Origin: an uncultured Bacteroidota bacterium
GTDB lineage: Bacteria; Bacteroidota; Bacteroidia; Bacteroidales; UBA12481
Reading direction: 5' to 3'
DNA length: 64,000 nucleotides
NCBI GenBank assembly: GCA_903919065.1
Contig: CAIXHD010000345.1
Location: 19,005 to 83,004 of the forward strand
Of this stretch, positions 30,472 to 38,732 are shown piece after piece (position 1 is the stretch's first letter; every line of letters begins with the position of its first letter). The translations under genes and the position numbers were made by a program. The notes under the pieces are model-generated. The model was not told the DNA's origin, made no database searches, and was given only the letters and a program-made list of their open reading frames with translations.

Positions 30472-31851
30472 ATGTTCACAAAGGATACCTATAGCTTCAG
30501 ACGCGACCAACTTAAAAGCACCTTAAAATCAGGTGTTTTACTTTTTCTGGGTAATAATGAAAGTCCGATGAATTATGCCGACAACACCTTTCACTTCAGG
30601 CAAGACAGCTCTTTTCTTTATTTCTTTGGAATGGATTTTGCCGGATTAGCCGGAATTATTGATATTGATGAAGACAAAGAAATACTTTTTGGAGATGAAC
30701 TGACTGTTGAAGATATTGTTTGGATGGGCACCCAGCCTACCCTGGTTCAAAGAGCTAAATCATATGGACTAAACCAAGTATTGCCTTATGCCCAATTATC
30801 GGTATACCTGAATGCAGCTGCAGGAAAAGGGCGAACCATTCATTTTCTTCCTCCTTACAGGCCTGAGAATAAGATCAAGTTATTTGATATGTTCGGAATT
30901 AATCCAGGGGAGATTAAATCAAAAGCTTCAATTGATCTGGTCAAGGCGGTTGTCAACCTGAGGAATCATAAATCCAATGATGAGATCTCAGAAATTGAAA
31001 AGGCAGTTAACATTTCGGTTGATATGCATGTGATGGCCATGAAAATGGCAAAACCCGGCATGAAAGAATCTGAGCTTGCAGCTGCGGTAAATCAGGTAGC
31101 TCTGGCGGCAGGCGGCCAACTTTCATTCCCAGTAATCATGACAGTCAATGGCCAGACCTTGCATAATCATTATCATGGCAACACCTTAAAAAGTGGAGAT
31201 ATGGTTTTATGCGATTGCGGTGCAGAAACAAATCTGCATTATGCAGGAGATCTTTCAAGCACTTTTCCTGTTGACCGGCAGTTTACCACCAGACAAAAAG
31301 AAATATACGAAATATCCCTGATGGCGCACGAGGCAGCTCTGGCAAAATTATCTCCAGGAGTTCCTTTTCGGGAAGTTCATTACGCAGCCTGCAGAACCTT
31401 AATTGAAGGTTTAAAGAGTATTAACCTGATGAAGGGGGATACCGAAGAAGCATTGGCAGCGGGAGCACATGCTTTGTTTTTCCCATGCGGAACAGGTCAC
31501 ATGATGGGATTGGACGTGCATGATATGGAGGATCTTGGAGAAGTTTATGTTGGATACGATGGCCAACCAAAAAGCACCCAGTTCGGCTTAAAGTCGCTTC
31601 GCCTGGCAAGGCCAATGGAAGAGGGGTTTGTGGTTACCATTGAACCTGGTATATATTTTATCCCAGAGTTGATAGCATCGTGGAAAAAGGAAGGGATTAA
31701 CTCTTCATTCATAAATTTTCAGCAAGTTGAAACCTATTCAACTTTCAGTGGAATCAGGAATGAGGAAGACGTAGTCATAACTCAAGACGGCTATCGGGTT
31801 TTGGGTAAAAGAAAGCCAAAAACTATTGAAGAGGTTGAATCCATGAGATAA
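30472..31851 (+). CDS. Xaa-Pro aminopeptidase (aminopeptidase P family, M24B)
   Basis: M24B metal-ligand motifs CDCGAE, GHMMGLDVHD, VTIEPGIYF, RNEEDVVIT. ATG 30472 preferred to TTG 30442. Confidence 0.8.
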   Translation: MFTKDTYSFRRDQLKSTLKSGVLLFLGNNESPMNYADNTFHFRQDSSFLYFFGMDFAGLAGIIDIDEDKEILFGDELTVEDIVWMGTQPTLVQRAKSYGLNQVLPYAQLSVYLNAAAGKGRTIHFLPPYRPENKIKLFDMFGINPGEIKSKASIDLVKAVVNLRNHKSNDEISEIEKAVNISVDMHVMAMKMAKPGMKESELAAAVNQVALAAGGQLSFPVIMTVNGQTLHNHYHGNTLKSGDMVLCDCGAETNLHYAGDLSSTFPVDRQFTTRQKEIYEISLMAHEAALAKLSPGVPFREVHYAACRTLIEGLKSINLMKGDTEEALAAGAHALFFPCGTGHMMGLDVHDMEDLGEVYVGYDGQPKSTQFGLKSLRLARPMEEGFVVTIEPGIYFIPELIASWKKEGINSSFINFQQVETYSTFSGIRNEEDVVITQDGYRVLGKRKPKTIEEVESMR

Positions 31852-31860
31852 TTTCAGGAA

Positions 31861-32898
31861 ATGCTGAAAAAACTCAATAGCTGGAATCCACCTCCAGACT
31901 GGCAATGCATAAAGACAATTGATATGCATACTGCCGGTGAACCGCTCAGAATAATTACGAGCGGCCTGCCTGTAATTCCAGGGAACACCATACTTGAGAA
32001 AAGAAGATATTTCAGGGATAACCTTGATCATATCAGGAAAGCCCTGATGTGGGAACCCAGAGGACATGCAGACATGTACGGAGCGGTAATCACTGAACCC
32101 GTAACAGCAGATGGTGATTTCGGAACTTTTTTCCTTCATAATGAAGGGTACAGTACAATGTGCGGACATGCTATGATAGCGCTAACCAGGTTTGTACTGG
32201 ATACAGGCCTCATCAGGAAATCAGGCGTTAAACCAGAAATCCTTATCGATGCACCACCTGGCCGAATAAAGGCTTACGGACAGAAAGATGGAAATATCAT
32301 AACACGCTCCTATTTCCAGAATGTTCCCAGTTTTGTACTACTTACAGAACAAATAGTTGAAGTACCGGGAATTGGCAGTATATCTTTTGATGTTGCCTAT
32401 GGAGGTGCATTTTACGCTTTTGTTGATGCAGCGCATTTTGGATTCAAACTTGAGCCTCAGGAATACACAAAACTTATTGATTATGGTCGAAGAATAAAGC
32501 TTGCTGTAATGGATCAGTTCGACATAACGCATCCCTTTGAGCAGGACCTGAGTTTCCTTTACGGGACAATTTTCACTGGTAAAGCTCACGACCCAAAAAA
32601 CCACAGCAGAAACGTCTGTGTCTTCGCAAATGGAGAAGTTGACCGTTCACCAACCGGGTCAGGAGTATCAGCGCGAGCTGCATTGCATCATTTCAAAAAC
32701 GAATTATCTATTGGTCAATCAATTACTATTGAGAGTATTATCGGATCAACGATGGATGTGGAAATTGTAAGGTCGGAAATGTTCGGGTCCTATCTGGCAG
32801 TGATTCCTGAGGTTTCAGGAACATCGAGTTTTACCGGCAAGCACGAATTTTTCCTTGATCCGTCCGACCACATCGGAAGAGGCTTCTTTTTACAATAA
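31861..32898 (+). CDS. Proline racemase superfamily enzyme with Cys/Thr catalytic pair (predicted trans-3-hydroxy-L-proline dehydratase)
   Basis: MHTAGEPLRI, EPRGHADMYG, first catalytic motif STMCGH (Cys), second DRSPTGSGVSA (Thr where epimerases/racemases have Cys). Confidence 0.75.
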   Translation: MLKKLNSWNPPPDWQCIKTIDMHTAGEPLRIITSGLPVIPGNTILEKRRYFRDNLDHIRKALMWEPRGHADMYGAVITEPVTADGDFGTFFLHNEGYSTMCGHAMIALTRFVLDTGLIRKSGVKPEILIDAPPGRIKAYGQKDGNIITRSYFQNVPSFVLLTEQIVEVPGIGSISFDVAYGGAFYAFVDAAHFGFKLEPQEYTKLIDYGRRIKLAVMDQFDITHPFEQDLSFLYGTIFTGKAHDPKNHSRNVCVFANGEVDRSPTGSGVSARAALHHFKNELSIGQSITIESIIGSTMDVEIVRSEMFGSYLAVIPEVSGTSSFTGKHEFFLDPSDHIGRGFFLQ

Positions 32899-32911
32899 AC
32901 CTATTCGCACA

Positions 32912-35497
32912 ATGAAGAGACATTTCCCCCTGGTAATTGCGCTCTTTCTGGCAAGTCAGCCATTGTTCGGTCAAAACCCCTTTGATTCCTTTAACAAGTT
33001 CAAGGAGATGGAGGATAATTCCGTATTAAGAATTTTACCATGGAAACCTCTCGGTCCTTCATTTCAGGGTGGGCGCGTAGAAACTATCGATAGTCCACCT
33101 GGGCAGCCAAATGTTATTTACGCTGGTTTCGGAGCAGGGAGCCTTTGGAAAAGTACAGATCATGGTCTTTCATGGAGCTGCATATTTCAAGACCAGGCAA
33201 CATTCAGTATTGGAGATGTAGCAGTTTCGCCCAGTAATCCTGAGATTGTATACCTGGGAACAGGGGAAAATCTAAGAGCAACCAGAGGATACACCTATAC
33301 TGGATCCGGCGTATATAAATCTACGGATGCTGGGAAAAGCTGGCTCAATATTGGACTTCATGACACACATCACATCGGGCGTGTTGTTGTAGATCCCAAT
33401 AATCCAAATCTTGTTTTTGTGGCTGCTCTGGGGCATATGTGGACCCCAAATTCGGAAAGAGGTCTGTTTATTAGCAGGGATGGTGGAAAGACCTGGAAAA
33501 AATCCCTGTTTATATCAGAAAGTGTCGGAGTAGTTGATGCGGCATGGGATTCGAAGAACAGGATTATTTATGCGTCCGCATGGGAAATGCTCCAAGGGGT
33601 AAAATCAGGGATTTACAAATCTGCTGACTACGGAGATCATTGGATAAAGTGTTCTGGAGGTTTCCCGGAGAACAAAGGAATTGGACGAATTGGCCTTGCA
33701 ATTTCTCCAACAAGTCCTCAAACCATTTACGCCTCTTTGGATAATCGGAATATTCTTGAATCCGGAAATGGCTCATCGCTAATCGGTCTTGAGATCTTCC
33801 GGTCTGAGGATTTTGGCACCACCTGGGAAAAGATGAATTCAACGATTCTCGATAATTATTCAGGGTTTGGCTGGGCCTTTGGTGATATTCGTATTTCTCC
33901 TGTTGATCCCAATGAAATCTACATACTTGGTGTACACACACTTTATTCTGCTGATGGTGGAAGAACAACATCAAAACTCACAGGAAAGATCAGCCACCTT
34001 CTCCCAAACAGAGCAGAAAGCCTTCATCTGGATCACCACGATTTATTCATTGATCCGTCTAATCCGGATCATCTGATTCTGGGCAATGACGGAGGGGTTT
34101 ATATCAGTTACAATAAAGGATTAAGCTGGCTTCATTGCAATACCATCCCGACAGCCGAAATTTATGATTTGAAAATAGACAGTCGAAATCAAACCATTGC
34201 TTATGCAGGCACACAGGACAATTCATGCATTTTTGGGCCATTAAAGCTTGGCTTGCCGATTGAAGGTACTGAAGACTGGAAGTATGTCTGGTTGGATCCC
34301 TGGTCGGGAGGCGATGGTTTTGTAACCATCCCTGATCCAACTGATCCTGCCTATGTTTTTTATGAATCCCAAAATGGGAATTTGAATCGCAAAAATATGC
34401 TTACCGGAGAATCGGTTTATATTCAGCCTAAAATTGAAAATGGGGAAGCACCATTAAGAACTAGCTGGCTAACCCCCTACTTCATTTCATCACATTCAAC
34501 CACAACGATATATTACGGTGGTAATAAGGTTTATAAAAGCATAGATAGGGGTGATAGCTGGTACCGGATTAGTCCCGATCTTTGTTATTCCGCCGATACA
34601 TTGAGAAAATCCAGAGCGATAACCGCCCTGGCCGAATCTCCAGTGAAGCAGGGCTTGATTTGTGCAGGAACAGAAAAGGGCGCTGTTTGGGTATCCAGGG
34701 ATGATGGCATTAACTGGGCTGAAATCAGTAAGGGATTACCGATTAAAAGCGTAGGTCAGATTTGTTTATCAGTACATTCGGCAAAAAGGGTTTACATCGT
34801 GATGAAATCCATAGATGAAGATGATTTCACCCCTTACCTTTTTATTTCAGAGAATAACGGATCAAAATGGGAGTCTATAGCTGCCGGATTGCCAAAGGAT
34901 CGGGTTAATTTTATCCTCGAAGATCCGGAATTACCAGAGCTGCTATATATCGGAACAGACCGTGGCGTTTTTTGCAGTCCCGATTGCGGGAAAACGTGGA
35001 GTAGCTTAAGCAGAACAATGCCCACTGCAAGTGTACAGAATCTGGTCTGGGCTGAGGAAAACAACTACCTTATTGCAGCGACTCATGGCCAAAGCATGTT
35101 TTCATTGTTTGCTGCACCATTAAGAAAGTATTTCAAGGCAGTTGCACCGAATACTGCCTCTATCCTGGCCGTACGGTCAGGTTACCTTCCGGGTAAAAAA
35201 GACTTCCAGGGCGATTGGGACTGGAAAAGGAGTATTCCTGTAGAATTATATTGGTATCAGCCAGATGCAGGTATAATGACGATATCATTTATGGATGGAA
35301 AAGGCAAGGAGATATTTTCCAGCAATTGCACATCAAATGCCGGAATAAATATCTGGGATTGGGATCTTGTATTAAGCCGGAAAGAGGATTTGGGGTTGTA
35401 TCCGGTACCTCAAAACAAATTCCCTGTCCCGGGAACCTATCAAATTATGGTCCAGGGACAGGGAATTATTCTCAGATCAAGTCTGGAAATTCGTTGA
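32912..35497 (+). CDS. BNR/Asp-box repeat double beta-propeller protein (sortilin/VPS10- or GH74-like), secreted
   Basis: Signal peptide from ATG 32912. At least 10 Asp-box motifs (STDHGLSW, STDAGKSW, SRDGGKTW, SEDFGTTW, SIDRGDSW, SRDDGINW, SENNGSKW, SPDCGKTW ...). Confidence 0.7.
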   Translation: MKRHFPLVIALFLASQPLFGQNPFDSFNKFKEMEDNSVLRILPWKPLGPSFQGGRVETIDSPPGQPNVIYAGFGAGSLWKSTDHGLSWSCIFQDQATFSIGDVAVSPSNPEIVYLGTGENLRATRGYTYTGSGVYKSTDAGKSWLNIGLHDTHHIGRVVVDPNNPNLVFVAALGHMWTPNSERGLFISRDGGKTWKKSLFISESVGVVDAAWDSKNRIIYASAWEMLQGVKSGIYKSADYGDHWIKCSGGFPENKGIGRIGLAISPTSPQTIYASLDNRNILESGNGSSLIGLEIFRSEDFGTTWEKMNSTILDNYSGFGWAFGDIRISPVDPNEIYILGVHTLYSADGGRTTSKLTGKISHLLPNRAESLHLDHHDLFIDPSNPDHLILGNDGGVYISYNKGLSWLHCNTIPTAEIYDLKIDSRNQTIAYAGTQDNSCIFGPLKLGLPIEGTEDWKYVWLDPWSGGDGFVTIPDPTDPAYVFYESQNGNLNRKNMLTGESVYIQPKIENGEAPLRTSWLTPYFISSHSTTTIYYGGNKVYKSIDRGDSWYRISPDLCYSADTLRKSRAITALAESPVKQGLICAGTEKGAVWVSRDDGINWAEISKGLPIKSVGQICLSVHSAKRVYIVMKSIDEDDFTPYLFISENNGSKWESIAAGLPKDRVNFILEDPELPELLYIGTDRGVFCSPDCGKTWSSLSRTMPTASVQNLVWAEENNYLIAATHGQSMFSLFAAPLRKYFKAVAPNTASILAVRSGYLPGKKDFQGDWDWKRSIPVELYWYQPDAGIMTISFMDGKGKEIFSSNCTSNAGINIWDWDLVLSRKEDLGLYPVPQNKFPVPGTYQIMVQGQGIILRSSLEIR

Positions 35498-35508
35498 TCG
35501 GGTTGGAA

Positions 35509-35940
35509 TTACCTTCCACCACCGCCGCCGCCACCACCACGGGCTGCACGAGCAGCAGCTTGTTTGGCGTTATAGTCGTTGAATTTTTTTACCTGTTCCG
35601 GAGTTAAGATCTTAATAATCTTAGCATCACGATCTTTATTCAATTCCGTCATTTTGGCACGCATAGCTTCACGATCATCACCTGCTGCTTCGCGTGCAGC
35701 TGTCGTTTTTTCAGTTGCTTCCTTGTAGATTGCATCGAATTTGGTATTCTGATCTTTGGTCAATACCAACTCTTTTTTCAGATCATCAATCCTTTGCTGC
35801 ATTCTCTGCTGCATATTCTGCTGTGGTGGTTGTTGATCCTGTGCATTAAGCGCCCCAACCAGAAAAAGGCACGCTACCATCGAAAGAATAAGATTACGTT
35901 TCATAATAATATTGGTTATTAATTTTCGAAGTTTTGACAT
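35509..35940 (-). CDS. Periplasmic LTXXQ-motif (Spy/CpxP-like) protein with C-terminal Gly8-Arg tail
   Basis: Signal peptide ending ALNAQ. Two LTXXQ motifs (LTKDQ, LTPEQ). Ends RGGGGGGGGR. Alternative start ATG 35904. Confidence 0.6.
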   Translation of the reverse strand: MSKLRKLITNIIMKRNLILSMVACLFLVGALNAQDQQPPQQNMQQRMQQRIDDLKKELVLTKDQNTKFDAIYKEATEKTTAAREAAGDDREAMRAKMTELNKDRDAKIIKILTPEQVKKFNDYNAKQAAARAARGGGGGGGGR

Positions 35941-35993
35941 CTATACTTCCGGATGGTTTAAAAGGAAAATAAAAAAAAAACTATTATTTGATT

Positions 35994-36500
35994 CTAGGAT
36001 CTGTAATCCTTAAGACGGTCCATCAGCCGTTTCCTGGCAAAGAATATCTTGCTTTTAACTGACCCGAGAGGTTGCTCAAGGTATTCTGCTATTTCATTGT
36101 ATTTATAACCCTTAGTATGCATTTCAAAAGGCAAACGATAATCTTCAGGCAAATCACTGATCGCAGCCCTTATTTCCTTTTCGTTGTGAGCAGCCTCAGG
36201 AGATTGAAAAACTGAATCCTGTCGAAGGTTCATATAATAGGAGGAATCAGTGGTGTCGATCATTGTGTTGGATCTCACACTGCGGCGATAGTTATTGATA
36301 AAGGTATTTTTCATTATTGTAAATACCCAAGCTTTAAGGTTTTTATCGCCTTGAAATTTATCCCGATTTGTTAAGGCCTTATACATAGTTTCCTGAAGCA
36401 AGTCTTTTGCATCTTCCGGATCGGATGTAAGGCTTTTTGCAAAAAAGCCAAGCTTTGATTGCATCCCCATCAACTGGTGATTAAATTCTATTGCTGTCAT
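35994..36500 (-). CDS. ECF-type RNA polymerase sigma factor (sigma-24 family)
   Basis: 168 aa. Region 2 DAKDLLQETMYKAL...KAWVFTIMKNTFINNYRR. Region 4 YNEIAEYLEQPLGSVKSKIFFARKRL. Confidence 0.85.
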   Translation of the reverse strand: MTAIEFNHQLMGMQSKLGFFAKSLTSDPEDAKDLLQETMYKALTNRDKFQGDKNLKAWVFTIMKNTFINNYRRSVRSNTMIDTTDSSYYMNLRQDSVFQSPEAAHNEKEIRAAISDLPEDYRLPFEMHTKGYKYNEIAEYLEQPLGSVKSKIFFARKRLMDRLKDYRS

Positions 36501-36543
36501 ATGATTTGGTTTTTTGTTTCACGTTTATCGCTTAAATGTTAGA

Positions 36544-36551
36544 CAAATTTA
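36544..36551 (-). promoter_or_regulatory. Bacteroidetes-type -7 box (TAAATTTG on minus strand) upstream of the ECF sigma gene
   Basis: rc of CAAATTTA. 44 nt upstream of the ATG at 36500. Confidence 0.3.
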
Positions 36552-36746
36552 AAACTTATGGATATAACCAGCAAATTTTGTTTAATCTACTACGCGATAT
36601 TGTGCCACAAAAAGAGATGAATTCTAAACAGAAACCTATTATAGAGCCTTAAATATCAATAGGTTAACAGAATAATTACAAATTCTGTCTAAATAAAACC
36701 AACTGAATCAGCTGAAATCTGAAAACAACAGGGACATCGTCAGGTA

Positions 36747-37628
36747 TTAAGCAGTAAACACTTGGGAAAGTGTCGGATATGTTGGAATTCTTTGAATCAT
36801 TTCGGGCAGGTTGACATTTAAATCCAAACCGATTGAGACAAGAAAAATCTTCTTTTCCGGGAAAACCTGGATTAACTTCTCAGAATAGGTAATAAGTTCC
36901 TTCTCAGTAAATCCCTGGTTAATGGTGACGAGAATGTTGTCTATTACCTGCTTATTGCCAAGAGACTGTAAATGTTCGAGAGGTATAGATGGTCCAAGAT
37001 ATATTACATGGTGACCAGCCTTACGCAACAGATAATTTGCATAGAGCAGATTTATTTCGTCATAATGCCCGAAAGGAAGGTAGAGCAGGAAATGCTGTGA
37101 TGAGGATTGAACATTTCCAGCCATGCCGTCAATAGCCACAACAAGCTTATGTTTAACAAGGTTATTGACAAATCGTTCCTGACAGGCGCTGATTTTTCCA
37201 ATCTGCCAAAGAAGGTTAATCTTGTCCAGCAAAGGAAAAACCAGTTGCTGAAACGACAGGTCGAAACCAAGTTTAAGAATGGACCCATTCAAATTCCTTT
37301 CGAATCGATCCTCATCAAGATCAATGGTAGCTTTGAGAAGGTCAGCAAGATATCCTTCATCTGCACCAGGTAATTCGCAAATCCGGGATACTTCTTCCTG
37401 GATTTCATCAATATTTAGACCTGATATCTGCGAGATTTTATAACCATGCTTATTGAGGAAGGCAATATTCATCAATCGTTGAAGATCAAAAGCACTGTAG
37501 AATCTAATATTTGTATCTGTTCTATCCGGGATTATCACCCCGTAGCGTTTCTCCCATATCCGAATAGTATGTGCCTTAATTCCGGTAAGTTTTTCCAGAT
37601 CGCTGATGCTATACCTTGCTATATTCAT
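36747..37628 (-). CDS. MerR-family transcriptional regulator with C-terminal B12-binding-like domain (CarH/LitR-like)
   Basis: N-terminal MerR HTH (YSISDLEKLTGIKAHTIRIWEKRYG). C-terminal half with a His-containing loop (LPFGHYDEINLL) and VIYLGPSIP, resembling the CarH YLGPDTP block. Confidence 0.6.
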   Translation of the reverse strand: MNIARYSISDLEKLTGIKAHTIRIWEKRYGVIIPDRTDTNIRFYSAFDLQRLMNIAFLNKHGYKISQISGLNIDEIQEEVSRICELPGADEGYLADLLKATIDLDEDRFERNLNGSILKLGFDLSFQQLVFPLLDKINLLWQIGKISACQERFVNNLVKHKLVVAIDGMAGNVQSSSQHFLLYLPFGHYDEINLLYANYLLRKAGHHVIYLGPSIPLEHLQSLGNKQVIDNILVTINQGFTEKELITYSEKLIQVFPEKKIFLVSIGLDLNVNLPEMIQRIPTYPTLSQVFTA

Positions 37629-37713
37629 TATTTACAACCTCTAACAGGACAATTATGTAAGTATTACAAAATTGATGGCATTTGGTTCATAGAAAAACAA
37701 AATAGGCAAAGTC

Positions 37714-38718
37714 TTAAACACTTTTCCTTGATTTATTTACAATAGGAAGAACACCAAGCGCCAATGCACCGCAAACTATTACAAAAAGTGTTGTTGATCC
37801 ATGCAGTACCAAAGTAACAAGTTGCCCATCAGGTTTTGAAATACTGTAAAGGAGTAAGGTATTTAATGCAATCCAATCAAAAGGTCCAATTCCATTAGGA
37901 ATTGGTAATATCATTCCAATGCTGGCTAAAGCAAGAACTGCTAAGGCCACTATCGGTGAAAGCATGGAAGTTGGTCCAAAAGCCTTAAAAACAAAAAAAG
38001 TACTCAGGAAATAGCATCCATATATCGCAGCAGTCAGAATAACAAAAATAACAGGTCGCTTCAGACGGAAAACTGATTTAAGTCCTACCGAAAACTTTTC
38101 CCCATAGGATAAAATCTTTTTCACAAATAAAAGGTCCGCCAAGCGCTTCCTGAACAAATAAACTACGAAAGCAGCCAGGATAAATAAACCGGCAGCTCCA
38201 ATAACAAGTGGAGACTTTAAGAAACCAATTTTGCTGGTAAGGATGTCAGGATCAGGATTAATCAATGTTGAAAGGACATCCCAGTTTAGAACCAGAACAA
38301 TAAAAAGTAAAATAAGAAGAAAGATTACGTCAACAATGCGTTCAACTAAAACAGTACCAAGTTGAGAGGTAAAAGGTACACCATCATACTTTTTAAGAAT
38401 TCCACAACGTGTAACTTCACCCATCCTTGTAACCGCTGAATTTGCCAGGTACATCACCAGTACAGCCAGAAAGGTATTGAGCAAACCTGGTTTATAACCA
38501 ATTGATTCAATGAGCATTCTCCAACGCATTGCACGAAATAGATTACTTAGGAGAAACGCAACTAAAGAGGCAGAAATCCAACCGTAATTAAATCTTGAAA
38601 GGCCCTTCCAAATGCCAGAGAAGTCCTGTCCCTGATAAACCCATATAAACAGGGCAATTCCGACTCCGAAGAAAAAGATGTACTTCAGGGCATCAAGGAA
38701 AAATTTCTTTTTACTCAC
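37714..38718 (-). CDS. Lysylphosphatidylglycerol-synthase-TM-like (UPF0104, flippase-like) membrane protein
   Basis: 334 aa, about 8 TM helices, layout typical of the LPG_synthase_TM family. No soluble domain. Confidence 0.55.
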   Translation of the reverse strand: MSKKKFFLDALKYIFFFGVGIALFIWVYQGQDFSGIWKGLSRFNYGWISASLVAFLLSNLFRAMRWRMLIESIGYKPGLLNTFLAVLVMYLANSAVTRMGEVTRCGILKKYDGVPFTSQLGTVLVERIVDVIFLLILLFIVLVLNWDVLSTLINPDPDILTSKIGFLKSPLVIGAAGLFILAAFVVYLFRKRLADLLFVKKILSYGEKFSVGLKSVFRLKRPVIFVILTAAIYGCYFLSTFFVFKAFGPTSMLSPIVALAVLALASIGMILPIPNGIGPFDWIALNTLLLYSISKPDGQLVTLVLHGSTTLFVIVCGALALGVLPIVNKSRKSV

Positions 38719-38732
38719 TTAATTATTGTTGA

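Noticed and set aside
35512-35538. GGN/CCN microsatellite-like run as a possible phase-variation repeat
   Set aside because: It is in frame and encodes the Gly8 tail with mixed codons (GGT/GGC/GGA). It is not a perfect homopolymer or a perfect tandem repeat. It is treated as a protein feature, not a slippage switch.
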